Shown: positions 38,828 through 49,305 of the stretch, one piece after another
How positions within the stretch are numbered: the first letter of the stretch is position 1
How the letters are laid out: each line of letters opens with the position of its first letter
NCBI GenBank assembly: GCA_963805625.1
Contig: CAWDVE010000010.1
Span: 1,056,001-1,120,000 of the forward strand
Reading direction: 5' to 3'
DNA from: an uncultured Candidatus Rokubacteria bacterium
GTDB taxonomy: Bacteria; Methylomirabilota; Methylomirabilia; Rokubacteriales; DASRDR01
DNA: 64,000 bases
Translations under genes and position numbers: made by a program
Notes under the pieces: model-generated
Databases searched by the model: none
What the model was told of the DNA's origin: nothing
Seen by the model: only the letters and a program-made list of their open reading frames with translations

Positions 38828-39274
38828 ATGAGTGGCCAGCGCTTCGGGGAGACCGTCGAGCTCACCTGGCAGGGTGGCCTCCGCTTCGAGGCGCGCGCCG
38901 GCGACCACACGCTGGTCGTGGACAGCGAGCGCGGGGCCGGCGTCTCTCCGATGCAGGCGCTCGCCGTGAGCCTCGCCGGGTGCATGGCGATCGACGTCGT
39001 GGACATCCTCCAGAAAGGGCGGTTCGCGCCGGAAGGGGTGCAGGCCCGTCTCGAGAGCGAGCGCCGGCCGGAGCCGCCCCGCTACATCACGCGAGTGGCG
39101 CTCCACTTCGTGGTCCGGGGCGCCGTAGCCGCCGACCGCGTCGAGCGGGCGATCGAGCTCTCGCGCGAGCGCTACTGCTCCGTGTGGCACAGCCTCCGAC
39201 CGGACATCGACTTCCGCACGTCCTTCGAGATCGTACCGAGCCCAGAGCCTGGCCGTGGTGTCACAGACCGCTGA
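38828..39274 (+). CDS. OsmC family protein (YhfA-like)
   Basis: SPMQ...LAGC..IDV..IL, LS.ERYCSV motifs. Confidence 0.88.
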   Translation: MSGQRFGETVELTWQGGLRFEARAGDHTLVVDSERGAGVSPMQALAVSLAGCMAIDVVDILQKGRFAPEGVQARLESERRPEPPRYITRVALHFVVRGAVAADRVERAIELSRERYCSVWHSLRPDIDFRTSFEIVPSPEPGRGVTDR

Positions 39275-40082
39275 CCCCTCGGCGTTTCACGCCTTCGAGC
39301 GGACCGGATGGGAGAGCATCCCCCGGGCGTACCAGGACGCCTTCGGCACGCTGACGACCCAGGCGATCGAGCCGCTCCTGGACGCCGCGCGCGTGGGCCC
39401 GGGCGTCCGCGTGCTCGACGTCGCGACGGGGCCGGGCTACGTCGCGGCCGCGGCCGCCCAGCGCGGTGCCGCGGTCGTGGGGGTCGATTTCTCGGCGGCG
39501 ATGCTGGCCGAGGCTCGCCGGCACCACCCCGGGATCGAATTCCAGGCGGGCGACGCCGGCGCGCTCCCCTTCCCCGACGCGAGCTTCGACGCCGTCGTCA
39601 TGAGCTTCGGCCTCCTGCATCTCGCTCGCCCCGACCAGGCGCTGGCCGAGACGCATCGCGTCCTCCGCCCCGGAGGCCGGGTCGGCTTCACGGTCTGGGC
39701 CAGGCCGGAGGAGGCGGTCGCATTCGGCATCGTGCTTCGCGCCATAGAGCGCCACGGCCGCCTCGACGTGCCGCTCCCACCAGGACCTCCCTTCTTCCGC
39801 TTCAGCGACCCGGAGGAGTCCCGCCGAGTCCTGCTCGGGTTGGGCTTCCGGACGCCGGAGGTGGTGATGGTGCCGCAGGTCTGGCGACTTCGGTCTCTCG
39901 ACGCGCTCTTCGACATCATGCGGGACGGGACGGTCCGGACGGCCGGGCTCCTGCGCGCCCAAACGCCCGAGGCACAGAACGCGATCCGCGCCGAGATGCG
40001 GGACGCGGTCCGCGCCTACCGGCGCGGGGGCGAGATCGAGCTCCCGATGCCGGCCATCCTCGCCTCCGCCGCCAAGCGCTGA
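39255..40082 (+). CDS. Class I SAM-dependent methyltransferase
   Basis: VLDVATGPG, GDA..LPF.D.SFD, RVLRPGG motifs. Confidence 0.9.
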   Translation: MVSQTADPSAFHAFERTGWESIPRAYQDAFGTLTTQAIEPLLDAARVGPGVRVLDVATGPGYVAAAAAQRGAAVVGVDFSAAMLAEARRHHPGIEFQAGDAGALPFPDASFDAVVMSFGLLHLARPDQALAETHRVLRPGGRVGFTVWARPEEAVAFGIVLRAIERHGRLDVPLPPGPPFFRFSDPEESRRVLLGLGFRTPEVVMVPQVWRLRSLDALFDIMRDGTVRTAGLLRAQTPEAQNAIRAEMRDAVRAYRRGGEIELPMPAILASAAKR

Positions 40083-40114
40083 GGGAGGCGGAACTCGACC
40101 GCCCGCCGGACTCG

Positions 40115-41233
40115 TCAGCCCGCCAGCTGGCGGATGACGAGCTCGCGGTGGTAGTCGGCGTCGCCCCAGGTCGCCTCGAGGGTCTTCGCGCGCTTGAAGT
40201 AGAGATGAAGGTCGTACTCCCAGGTGAACCCGATCCCGCCGTGAACCTGGATCGCCTCGCCGCACACCTTTCGCGCGGCCTCGCTCACGTAGGCCTTCGC
40301 CACCGACGCGGCCATCGCGCCGCCCTCGGGGTCCGCATCCAGCGCCCAGGCCGCGTAGTAGGTCGCCGCGTGGGCATTCTCGACCTCGAGGAGCATCTCG
40401 GCGCACCGGTGGCGGATGGCCTGGAAGGAGCCGATCGGCTGGCCGAACTGCTCCCGAACCTTCGCGTACTCGACCGACATGTCGAGGCACCGCCGGGCCG
40501 CGCCGAGCATCATGGCGGCCGCGCCCGTGGCGCCGCGACGGAGGAGGTCGTCGAGGATGCGGCCGGCAGCGCCCGCTTCGCCGAGGCGCGCGCCGTGGTT
40601 CGCCCGCACTCCCTCGAGCCGGACGGTGGACCATCGCATCCCGGGGTCCATGGCCGGCACCGGTGAGACGTCGAGGCCGTCGGCCCCCGCCTCCACGAGA
40701 AACAGCGAGAGCCCCTCGGGGCCTCGCGCCGGCACGAGAAGCAGATCCGCGACGTGGGCCCACGGGACCCACTGCTTCACGCCGGTGAGCCGCACCCCGC
40801 CCGGAGCAGGCTCGGCCCGGGTCGCCGTCGCCTCCGGGCGCCAGTCCAGCTCCCCGTCGAGGAGCGCGACGGTGGCTCTCGCGGCCCCGCCGGCGATGGC
40901 GGGCAGCCAGCGTGCGTGCTGGGCGGGGGTCCCGACCGCCTGGATGCCCTGGGCCGCCACGACGGTCTCGAGGTACGGACCCGGGAACGCGACGCGCCCC
41001 AGCTCCTCAAGGACGATGGCGGTCTCCACCATGCCGAGGGCGCTCCCGCCGTGGGCCTCCGGAAGCGCGAGGCCGAGCCAGCCGAGCCGCGCCAGCTCCT
41101 TCCAGAGATCGTCGCGCTCCCCGCGCGGATCGTCCCACAGCGCGCGGACGACGGCCGCCGTCACGTGCTCGTCGAGGAACGCGCGGGCGGTGCCGCGCAG
41201 GAGCTGCTGGTCCGGGCTGAGGGCGAAGTCCAC
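40115..41233 (-). CDS. Acyl-CoA dehydrogenase family (likely partner subunit)
   Basis: YAKVREQFGQPIGSFQAIRH, QVHGGIGFTWE motifs. Confidence 0.9.
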   Translation of the reverse strand: MDFALSPDQQLLRGTARAFLDEHVTAAVVRALWDDPRGERDDLWKELARLGWLGLALPEAHGGSALGMVETAIVLEELGRVAFPGPYLETVVAAQGIQAVGTPAQHARWLPAIAGGAARATVALLDGELDWRPEATATRAEPAPGGVRLTGVKQWVPWAHVADLLLVPARGPEGLSLFLVEAGADGLDVSPVPAMDPGMRWSTVRLEGVRANHGARLGEAGAAGRILDDLLRRGATGAAAMMLGAARRCLDMSVEYAKVREQFGQPIGSFQAIRHRCAEMLLEVENAHAATYYAAWALDADPEGGAMAASVAKAYVSEAARKVCGEAIQVHGGIGFTWEYDLHLYFKRAKTLEATWGDADYHRELVIRQLAG

Positions 41234-41242
41234 GCGGCGCTC

Positions 41243-42451
41243 CTAGGACCGCACCCGGTCGGCGCGAGCCTCCTTCGGCAGCCCGAGCACCCGCTCACCG
41301 ATGATGTTCTTCTGGATCTCCGAGGAGCCCGCGTAGATCGTCCCCGCCCGGGACCAGAGGAATGCCGTCGCCCAGGTGCCCGGCTCCCCCGAGGAGGTGT
41401 CGACGTCCGTGAAGCCGTCGGCGGCGCCAGTCATCGCCTGACCCCAGGGCCCCAGGATCTCCTGGACCCACTCGTGGTAGCGCTTCTCGAACTCGCTGTA
41501 GGAGAGCTTCGTGATCGACGCAGCCGGACCCGGGGACTCACCCTTCTCGAGGGCCGAGAGGATCCGCAGCGCCGCGTAGCGCTGGACCTCGAGGTCCACG
41601 TAGATCCGGGCGAGCTTGGTGCGGACCCCCGGGTCCTCGACGAGAGGCCGACCGCCCCGCTGGAGCGTCCGCACCGCCCGGAGCAGCTGCCGGAACGCGG
41701 CGGCGTAGCGGGTCACGCGCGCGAGCGAGTTGCCGCCCCTCTCGTAGGAGAGTGTGGTCTGCGCGATCGCCCAGCCTTGCCCGAGCTGGCCGACGAGGTC
41801 CGTCTTCTCGACGCGGGCGTCGCTCATGAAGACCTCGGAGAAGTGCGCGCTCCCGGTGATCTGGCGCAACGGGCGCACCTCGACCCCGGGCTGACGCATC
41901 GCGATCAGGAAGCACGAGATGCCCTTGTGCTTCGGGACGGCGGTGTCCGTCCGCGCGAGGAGCAGCCCCCAGTCGGCGACGAGGCCGCCGCTCGTCCAGA
42001 TCTTCTGCCCGGTCACCACGAAGTGATCGCCGCGATCCTCGGCCCGCGTACGGAGGCTCGCCAGGTCCGAGCCCGCGTTCGGCTCCGAGTAGAGCTGGCA
42101 CCAGAGCTCCTCCGCCGTCAGGATCTTCCTGAGGTAACGGCGCTTCTGGGTCTCGGTGCCATGCACGATGATGGTCGGCCCCACGATCGCGATGCCGAGG
42201 GGGTTGATCGGCGCTGGCGCCCCGGCGCGGGCCATCTCGTCCGCCACGATGGCCTGCTGGAGGGGGGTCGCGCCGCGCCCCCCGTACGGGACGGACCATC
42301 CCATCCCCACGTAGCCCGCGTCGTAGAGCTGGCGGTGCCAGGCGCGCCTGGCCTCGAGAGCGGCGGGTTCCTCCTGCGGGACGTTTGCCTCGAGCCAGCG
42401 CCGGGTGGCCTCGCGGAAGCGGAGGTCTTCGGGCGAGTACCTGAGATCCAT
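41243..42451 (-). CDS. Acyl-CoA dehydrogenase family
   Basis: WCQLYSEPNAGSDLASL, GQKIWTS, IYAGSSEIQKNIIGERVLGLP motifs. Confidence 0.92.
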   Translation of the reverse strand: MDLRYSPEDLRFREATRRWLEANVPQEEPAALEARRAWHRQLYDAGYVGMGWSVPYGGRGATPLQQAIVADEMARAGAPAPINPLGIAIVGPTIIVHGTETQKRRYLRKILTAEELWCQLYSEPNAGSDLASLRTRAEDRGDHFVVTGQKIWTSGGLVADWGLLLARTDTAVPKHKGISCFLIAMRQPGVEVRPLRQITGSAHFSEVFMSDARVEKTDLVGQLGQGWAIAQTTLSYERGGNSLARVTRYAAAFRQLLRAVRTLQRGGRPLVEDPGVRTKLARIYVDLEVQRYAALRILSALEKGESPGPAASITKLSYSEFEKRYHEWVQEILGPWGQAMTGAADGFTDVDTSSGEPGTWATAFLWSRAGTIYAGSSEIQKNIIGERVLGLPKEARADRVRS

Positions 42452-42636
42452 GCGTCGCCTCCCCGCCAGCCCTCGGCCAGCTGCCTCCCACGATATGCGG
42501 GCGGGACCCGCGGCGCCAGCCTGAGACGGAAGGCGGACGGGCCTCGCAGGAGGGGATCGTATCAGGTACGGCGGCCGCGTGAAGAGGGCTGCCGCGCGGC
42601 GGCCTGAGCTCGGTGTGCCAGGCCCGACGAGGGGGA

Positions 42637-45075
42637 TCAGGCCGGAACGGCCTCCGCCACCGAGGACCGCCGGAGCATCACGTCGGCCACCTCGGTCGCG
42701 GTCGGCCGGCCGAAGAGGTATCCCTGCCCCTGGTCGCAGCCGAGGCCCCGCAGCTCGGCGAGCTGCTCCTTCGTCTCGACACCCTCGGCCACGGCCTTGA
42801 GCCCGAGCGCGCGCGTGAGGCCGACGACCGCGCGCACGATGGCGGCGTCTCCGCGGTTCGCGGGCAGGCCGGCCACGAAGGAGCGGTCCACCTTCAGCAC
42901 GTCGATGGGGAACCGCTTGAGGTAACCCAGGCTCGAGTAGCCCGTCCCGAAGTCGTCGATGGCCAGCCGGATGCCGATCGCCTTCAGGTGCTCGAGGGTC
43001 TTGACCGTGGCGTCGGCGTCGCCCATCGCGGTGCCTTCGGTGATCTCGACCTCGAGTCCCGAGGCGTCGAGCCCCGACTCGGCGAGCACCTGCCCCACGT
43101 CCTGGACGAGCCGCGGGTGGCGGAACTGGCGCGGCGACAGGTTGACGGCCATCACGAGATCGAGGCCGATCTCCGGGTCGGCCCGCCAGAGGGACGCCTG
43201 TCGGCAGGCGGTCTCGAGCACCCACCGCCCGATCGGCAGGATGAGGCCCGTCTCCTCCGCGATGGGAATGAACGAGCCCGGCGGGATCAGGCCGCGCTCG
43301 GGATGCTCCCAGCGAACCAGGGCCTCCAGCCCCACGATGTGGGCGGAGCGGAGGTCCACTTGGGGCTGGTAGTGCAACCGGAGCTCGCCCCGATCGAGGG
43401 CCCGGCGCAGCTCGGTCTCCATCTTGAGCCGGCCCTTCACCGTCTCGCGCATGCTCGACTTGAACACCTCGAAGCAGGCACGGCCGTTGGCTTTCGCCCG
43501 GTACATGGCGATGTCGGCGTTGCGCAGGAGTCCTTGGGCGGTGGTGCCCTGGTCGCGCCCGCCGAGGGCGATCCCGATGCTGGCGCCCACGAAGATCTCT
43601 TGGTTCTCGATCCGGAACGAGCCGCGGAACGCCTCGATGATTCGCTCGGCGACGAGGGCCGCGTCCGCGCTCAAACCGACGTCCTCGAGCAGCACGGTGA
43701 ACTCGTCGCCACCGATGCGCGCGATGGTATCGACGCGCCGGAGGCAGCCGCGGAGGCGATCGGCAACCTGGACCAGTAGCTGATCGCCGTGGTCGTGCCC
43801 GAGGTTGTCGTTGACCAGCTTGAAGCGGTCGAGGTCGAGGAAGAGCACCGCGGCGAACTTTCCCCGGCGCGCGGAGCGCTCGAGCGCCTGCTCGAGCCGA
43901 TCCATGAACAGCATGCGGTTCGGCAGCCCCGTCAGCTGGTCGTGAAGCGCCCGCTGCACCAACTGCGCCTCGAGGGACTTGTGCCGGCTGATGTCCCGGG
44001 CATTGAGGACGATGCCGCGCACTCCGGGCTGGTGGAGCAGGTTGGTCCCCTTTACCTCGAGCCATCGCCACGAGCCATCGCGGTGCTGCCAACGAAGCTC
44101 GACCGACCGCGATCCGCGCTGTTCGAGCAGCTCGGCGTGGAAGACCTGCGCGCTCTGCGCGTCCCCCTCGTGGACGAGCGCCCAGCCGCGGGTCCCGACC
44201 AGCCGGTCAGGTTCGTAGCCCAGGACCGTTTGGACCGCGGGGCTCACGTGTCGGACCGTGCCATCGGGCTCGAGAACGAGGATGACGTCCGCAGCGTGCT
44301 GCACCAGGGCCCGGAAGCGCTCCTCGCTCGCACGGAGCCCCTGCTCCTCGGTCGCCAGCAGGCGATAGGCGCGCCCGAGACGGAGGACACGGAAGCCGAG
44401 CCAGCCCACAGCCGCGCCGCCGAGGCTCGCGAGGACCGCGACGCCCACCGCGAGGGCCCGATGGGTCCGCTCCAGCACGCCGGCATACGTCCCGGCGGCA
44501 AGCCCGGTAGCCTGGCTCACCTCTTCGAGCCCGGCGCGCGGCGCGACAGCCCGAGCCTGATCGAGGCGTCCGGCGAGGAGCAGCGCGAAGGCCTCGTCCA
44601 CCGCGACCTGCTGCACCTGCACTGCGGCGCGCACCCGGCCAGACGCCCGGGGGCCGCCGTCCAGGCGCAGGATCCGGTCGAACGCGCCGATGTGTCTCTC
44701 GTCACGATCGAGCGTGTCCAGGTCGAGGGTGAGATGCTGCCGCGCCTCCCGCAGCCGGCCGGCGAACTCCGCGCCACGGCGCGGGTCGAGGATCGCCTGG
44801 CGCTTGATGACGTGTTCCTGACCGATGCGCTCCTCCACCTGGGACATCAGGAGAAGCGCACGACGGTGAGCCACAGTCTGCTGGACGAGGAGGAAACCGC
44901 CGGCGACCGAGAGCGCGGCGACGGAGAGCGCGATCACCAGCGCGAGACGAGCCGACCGGTCGACTGTCCGCCCGACGGGCCCATCTTCGGGCCGCCGGGA
45001 ATCGCCTGCTCCCTCGGGGCCCGCAGATGATACCCGCGCGGCTTGGAACGGCCAGCGGCGAACTCTGCCCTTCAC
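42637..45075 (-). CDS. Membrane-anchored PAS-GGDEF-EAL diguanylate cyclase/phosphodiesterase (start uncertain)
   Basis: Two TM segments, PAS domain, intact GGDEF, EAL and DDFGTGYSS. Confidence 0.92.
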   Translation of the reverse strand: MKGRVRRWPFQAARVSSAGPEGAGDSRRPEDGPVGRTVDRSARLALVIALSVAALSVAGGFLLVQQTVAHRRALLLMSQVEERIGQEHVIKRQAILDPRRGAEFAGRLREARQHLTLDLDTLDRDERHIGAFDRILRLDGGPRASGRVRAAVQVQQVAVDEAFALLLAGRLDQARAVAPRAGLEEVSQATGLAAGTYAGVLERTHRALAVGVAVLASLGGAAVGWLGFRVLRLGRAYRLLATEEQGLRASEERFRALVQHAADVILVLEPDGTVRHVSPAVQTVLGYEPDRLVGTRGWALVHEGDAQSAQVFHAELLEQRGSRSVELRWQHRDGSWRWLEVKGTNLLHQPGVRGIVLNARDISRHKSLEAQLVQRALHDQLTGLPNRMLFMDRLEQALERSARRGKFAAVLFLDLDRFKLVNDNLGHDHGDQLLVQVADRLRGCLRRVDTIARIGGDEFTVLLEDVGLSADAALVAERIIEAFRGSFRIENQEIFVGASIGIALGGRDQGTTAQGLLRNADIAMYRAKANGRACFEVFKSSMRETVKGRLKMETELRRALDRGELRLHYQPQVDLRSAHIVGLEALVRWEHPERGLIPPGSFIPIAEETGLILPIGRWVLETACRQASLWRADPEIGLDLVMAVNLSPRQFRHPRLVQDVGQVLAESGLDASGLEVEITEGTAMGDADATVKTLEHLKAIGIRLAIDDFGTGYSSLGYLKRFPIDVLKVDRSFVAGLPANRGDAAIVRAVVGLTRALGLKAVAEGVETKEQLAELRGLGCDQGQGYLFGRPTATEVADVMLRRSSVAEAVPA

Positions 45076-45137
45076 AGGCTCTCCCACGCAGAGGTTGAGG
45101 GCTCCCGGGATCCTCCGGGACACCGTGCGGGGGTAAG

Positions 45138-45152
45138 GCAAGTCTCGTGCCT
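45138..45152 (-). promoter_or_regulatory. Putative sigma54 (-24/-12) promoter
   Basis: Minus strand reads AGGCACGAGACTTGC (GG-N10-GC), close to the TGGCAC-N5-TTGC consensus, upstream of the GGDEF-EAL gene. Confidence 0.6.
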
Positions 45153-45360
45153 GGGGAAAGCACCCGGAAAGGGGTGGGGGGGAGGAGATTCGGGCACCGA
45201 TTGACCCAAACTCCCTCAGCCGAGACTGGAGGGAGGGATCGGAACTCTCTATGGGGACTGACAATCTGACGTGTGACGAAATGCCGCGACCGGCGCCGAA
45301 GATCGTCACACACGAGACACCCCATCAGGCCCGCCCGCGCGCCCAGGGTCCGGGGCGGGG

Positions 45361-45627
45361 TCAGAACGGCGGGGGCAGCCCAGGGATCCCAAGCAGGAGT
45401 CCGAGTCCCCAGCCCGCCAGGACCACGCCCACAGCCGCCGTCATCGCCCGGCCCCAGGCGACGACCTTCTCCACGAACATGACCACGGCCAATGCCAGCA
45501 TCCAGCCGAGATGGGCCCCGCCGACCGCGAACATCACGAGCATCAGGGCCCAGCAGCACCCGACGCAGTACAGACCCACGGCTCCAGGCGGTCCCCGACA
45601 GGAGAAGGGGCGGACGTGGCGGCCACG
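45361..45627 (-). pseudogene. DUF2182 membrane protein remnant
   Basis: GLYCVGCCWALMLVMFAVG...WML...MFVEK C-terminus is fused almost directly to a short N-terminal stub. Confidence 0.75.
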
Positions 45628-45634
45628 TTGCCAG

Positions 45635-45853
45635 CTAGGCGGCGAAGCGGAACGAGCCCTCGACCGCGTTCCGGTTCACGAAGGACCACTCCATCCCGTG
45701 CTCCGGAATGTGAACCTTGTGGTAGGTCGCCTTGGCCACGTACGCGGGCGAACCCGGGATGGTCGTGAAGATCGTGTTGCTGAGCGTTGTGGGGTTGCCC
45801 TTGGCGTCGACGTACGGCGCCATCGCCGCTTCCACCTTGTCGCCGATTTTCAT
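45635..45853 (-). pseudogene. DUF1326-like protein remnant (C-terminal about 70 aa)
   Basis: TTLSNTIFTTIPGSPAYVAKA...GMEW...NAVEGSFRF. Adjacent to DUF2182, as in the usual gene pair. Confidence 0.6.
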
Positions 45854-46018
45854 GGTGGAAGCATTGCGCCCCCGTCGAACGGCGCTACTCTACGGCCGCG
45901 CTTCGAAGGCCGTCAAGGGCCGCCGCCAGCTTGACACGCGCGCGGCCCGGCCGTATCTATGGGGCCTTGTGCAGAGGCATCGCGTGAGCCAGGAGACCCT
46001 CGGATCGAGGCGGTGCGC

Positions 46019-47230
46019 GTGAGCGACCGGTTCGATCTGGCCGTGGTCGGAGGGGGGATCGTGGGGCTCGCGACGGCGCGCGCGCTCCTCGCGGACCGCC
46101 CCGGCCTTCGCCTGGTGATCCTCGAGAAGGAGGCGCGGCTTGCCTCGCACCAGACCGGACACAACAGTGGCGTCATTCACTCCGGAATCTACTACAAGCC
46201 CGGCTCGCACAAGGCGCGGCTCTGCGTCGAGGGCGCCCGGCTGATGAAGGAGCTCTGCGCGCAGCGCGGGATCCGCGTCGACCCGATCGGCAAGGTGATC
46301 GTCGCCACCTCCGAGGCCGAGCTGCCGCGACTCCAGGCGCTCTTCGAGCGCGGCACCGCCAACGGCGTCCAGGGCCTCAGGCTCCTCGACAGGGACCACC
46401 TCCGCGAGATCGAGCCTCACGCCGTGGCCATACGCGCGATCCACTCGCCCACCACCTCGATCGTCGACTACGGGGAGGTCGCCCAGGCTCTCGCGCGGGA
46501 GCTGCTCACGCAGGGCACCGTCATCCGGACCGGATCCCGGGTCAGCGCGATCCAGCGGACCGACGAGGGGTTCGACCTGTCGACCGGATCCGGCCCCATC
46601 CAGGCGCGCCGGCTCGTCAATTGCGCTGGGCTCTACTCGGACATCGTCGCCAGGCTCGCCGGCGCCCGCCCCGGCGTGCGGATCATCCCGTTCCGGGGGG
46701 AGTACTACATGATCCGGCCGGAACGGCACGATCTCGTGCGCGGCCTGATTTACCCGGTCCCCGATCCCGAGTTCCCCTTCCTCGGTGTCCACTTCACGCG
46801 CACCGTCCACGGCGACGTCGAGGCGGGGCCGAACGCGGTGCTGGCCTTCGCCCGCGAAGGCTACCGCTTCGGGCGGATCCATCTGCGGGAGCTGGCAGGC
46901 ACCCTCGGCTATCGGGGCTTCTGGTCGATGGCCCGTCGCTACTGGCGGACCGGAAGCTACGAGATGTACCGGTCGCTCAGCAAGGCGGCGTTCGTGCAGG
47001 CCCTCCGGCGACTCCTGCCCGAGATCGGACCGGCCGACATCACCCCCGGCGGCGCTGGCGTCCGTGCCCAAGCCGTGGCCGAGGACGGATCGCTGGTCGA
47101 CGACTTCCGCATCGCCAGGTCCACGGCTGCGATCCACGTCCTGAATGCGCCGTCTCCAGCAGCCACGGCCTCGCTCGCCATCGGCCGCCATATCGCGGGG
47201 CTCGCCAGGGAATCGTTCGTCCTCGGCTAA
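46019..47230 (+). CDS. lhgO: L-2-hydroxyglutarate oxidase
   Basis: GGGIVG, HQTGHNSGVIHSGIYY.PGS.KA, FRGEY, PFLGVH, GVRAQA, NAPSPAATAS motifs. Confidence 0.93.
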   Translation: MSDRFDLAVVGGGIVGLATARALLADRPGLRLVILEKEARLASHQTGHNSGVIHSGIYYKPGSHKARLCVEGARLMKELCAQRGIRVDPIGKVIVATSEAELPRLQALFERGTANGVQGLRLLDRDHLREIEPHAVAIRAIHSPTTSIVDYGEVAQALARELLTQGTVIRTGSRVSAIQRTDEGFDLSTGSGPIQARRLVNCAGLYSDIVARLAGARPGVRIIPFRGEYYMIRPERHDLVRGLIYPVPDPEFPFLGVHFTRTVHGDVEAGPNAVLAFAREGYRFGRIHLRELAGTLGYRGFWSMARRYWRTGSYEMYRSLSKAAFVQALRRLLPEIGPADITPGGAGVRAQAVAEDGSLVDDFRIARSTAAIHVLNAPSPAATASLAIGRHIAGLARESFVLG

Positions 47231-47340
47231 CCGCCACCGTGGGACGCGGGTGACGCCGGGCGACGCCTCCGCGCTGAGGCCGGGGGAGTTCGAACCGGCG
47301 CCACCCACCGCGCCAGGTCCCAAAGCCAGTTCGAGCGGCG

Positions 47341-48273
47341 CTAGTTGCGCGGCGGCGCGACCCTGGCTGCGAGGAACCCGGTGACCTCCGCGATCGCGTC
47401 GGCCCGAGCCTCAAGATCGGTCCCCACGGTGGCACCACAGCAGCCGCCGGGCTTGCTGTGGTTGCGCACTTCCGGCCGGTAGCGGAGGGGCGTCGCCGGT
47501 GCGTCGAAGCTGTGGTGGGCGCCAGGGTACACCTTGATCGCGATCGGCGCGCCGGCCGCCTGCGCCCGCTCGACGAGCGCCATGCACGGCGCGGCCGGCG
47601 TCCAGTCGTCGAGGGCGCCCACCAGAACGTAGAGAGGCGCGTAAGGGCGAAACTCCGGCCCTCCCGGGTAGTTCCGGGTGCAGTTCGGGTAGAAGGCGAC
47701 GGCGGCGCGGAAGTCCCGCTCGGCCGTGCCCTGGTCGAAGAGCACGCTGAGGGTGGCCGCCGCCCCGTTCGACCAGCCGAGGAGCCCGATCCGGTCCGCC
47801 TGCACGTCGAGCCGGCCCTGGAGATAGCGCAATGCGCCCCGAGCGTCGTCCGCGCGGTCGCGCACCGGCGAGAGAAGGTGACGGCCGGTGCACACCTCGT
47901 CGATGCCGCGCGTCGTGAAGCTGTCCACCAGGAGGGCGACGTAGCCGAGGTCGCGTAGGTGCTCCGCCCAGAACCGGAGCTTCCCCTGGATTCCTCCCGC
48001 AGGGGTCCGGAGACCCGTGCAGCCGTGAAGCAGGACGAGGGCCGGGAACGGTCCCGCGCCCTCGGGCTGGAAAAGCACGCCTTCGAGCCGGGCGGCAGCC
48101 CGGCCGTCATGTGGCTCGCCGACGAAGCTCACGAGCTCACCCGCACCGGACGCCGGGGAACTGGCCACCGCGTCACTGCGCGGTGCCCGGCCCGCCGCCG
48201 CGAGGCCGATGGCGCCGCAGGCGGCGGTCACGAGTGCGGCAAGCCAGGACGCCACGCGCGGCGCTCGCCTCAC
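47341..48273 (-). CDS. Secreted dienelactone hydrolase-like alpha/beta hydrolase
   Basis: HGCTG, GWSNG, FYP.C, DDWTP, HHSFD motifs; signal-like N-terminus. Confidence 0.85.
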   Translation of the reverse strand: MRRAPRVASWLAALVTAACGAIGLAAAGRAPRSDAVASSPASGAGELVSFVGEPHDGRAAARLEGVLFQPEGAGPFPALVLLHGCTGLRTPAGGIQGKLRFWAEHLRDLGYVALLVDSFTTRGIDEVCTGRHLLSPVRDRADDARGALRYLQGRLDVQADRIGLLGWSNGAAATLSVLFDQGTAERDFRAAVAFYPNCTRNYPGGPEFRPYAPLYVLVGALDDWTPAAPCMALVERAQAAGAPIAIKVYPGAHHSFDAPATPLRYRPEVRNHSKPGGCCGATVGTDLEARADAIAEVTGFLAARVAPPRN

Positions 48274-48593
48274 TGCATCGGCGAGTAGGGCGTTGGCCGC
48301 CAGATCTCGCTCCGGATCCGCGCGATGATGGGACCGTCCTGCTCCGACTCCGCGCGGACACGCTGCCACTCGGGATCGGCCCCGAAGGTCGCCCAGGCTC
48401 GCTCGCGGTGCCCGAGGTCGTCGAACCGGACTACGTAGTGGAGCACGTTGGAGATACCGATGACCACGTCCCAGAATCCAACGACCTCGATGCCGTGCTT
48501 CCGGAAAAGCCCGATGGTGTGGTTCTGGAACCGGGCGTGCATGGCCGGCATGCGGCCGGGAACGACCTCGTAGCTGCGCAGCTCGTAGATCAC
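48270..48593 (-). CDS. NIPSNAP family protein
   Basis: IYELRSY...PGRM...RF...F.KHG...DPEW...PTPYSP pattern. Confidence 0.9.
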   Translation of the reverse strand: MIYELRSYEVVPGRMPAMHARFQNHTIGLFRKHGIEVVGFWDVVIGISNVLHYVVRFDDLGHRERAWATFGADPEWQRVRAESEQDGPIIARIRSEIWRPTPYSPMQ

Positions 48594-49198
48594 CGGTCGA
48601 ACTCCTGTTCGGCGTGTGGCGTGGGCGTGAAGGACACGAGGGTCCGCGCCGCGCGAAGCGCGCGGCGAAGGCCGGAATCGAGATGCAGCGTCGCGAGCTC
48701 GTCCCACGTGAACCACCGGAGGGCCCGGGCCTCCGCGGCCAGGCGGCGCAGGCTCGCACCGCGGGGCGCGACGACGAGGTACCGAAGATCGAGATGGCGG
48801 TGTGTGGGATCGTCACCGCGGGCCGGGATGGGATGCACGTCGACGTCAAGCGGCCGGGGCGCCGACGTGTGGAGGGCCAGCCCCTCGATGCCCGTCTCCT
48901 CGCGCGCCTCCCGGAGGGCGACCACCTCACCCTCACGCTCCCCGGACTCCGCATGGCCGCCGGGCTGGAGCCAGCGCCGAAGCTTCCGGTGGTGGAGCAG
49001 GAGCACCCGGTCCCCCGTCGCCGACACGACCACCGCACTACCCGTGAGATGCCCCTCGACGATGCCGCGATCGAAGGGATCGGGATGGCGGTCGAGGAAC
49101 GCCAGGATCTCGGAGAGGTCGCTCGCCTCCTTCGCGTCCGCCGGAGCGTGCCGTCTCAGCAGGGCGTGAAGGGGTGAATCGCCCGGGACCTCGGTCAC
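48590..49198 (-). CDS. NUDIX hydrolase
   Basis: GHLTGSA, HRKL..WLQPGGH, ALREAREETG, HLDLRY motifs. Confidence 0.88.
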   Translation of the reverse strand: MTEVPGDSPLHALLRRHAPADAKEASDLSEILAFLDRHPDPFDRGIVEGHLTGSAVVVSATGDRVLLLHHRKLRRWLQPGGHAESGEREGEVVALREAREETGIEGLALHTSAPRPLDVDVHPIPARGDDPTHRHLDLRYLVVAPRGASLRRLAAEARALRWFTWDELATLHLDSGLRRALRAARTLVSFTPTPHAEQEFDR

Positions 49199-49305
49199 GC
49201 CGCTCGGCCCGTCGCCGGACCCCACGACCTGCTCGACACTCGCGACGTGAAGGCGCTCCCCGCGGACGATCACGATCTCCAGCACGGTAGGGCGGGGGCG
49301 CGGCG

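Noticed and set aside
40115-42451. Tandem acyl-CoA dehydrogenases
   Set aside because: A common paired (heteromeric FadE-type) arrangement, not unusual.
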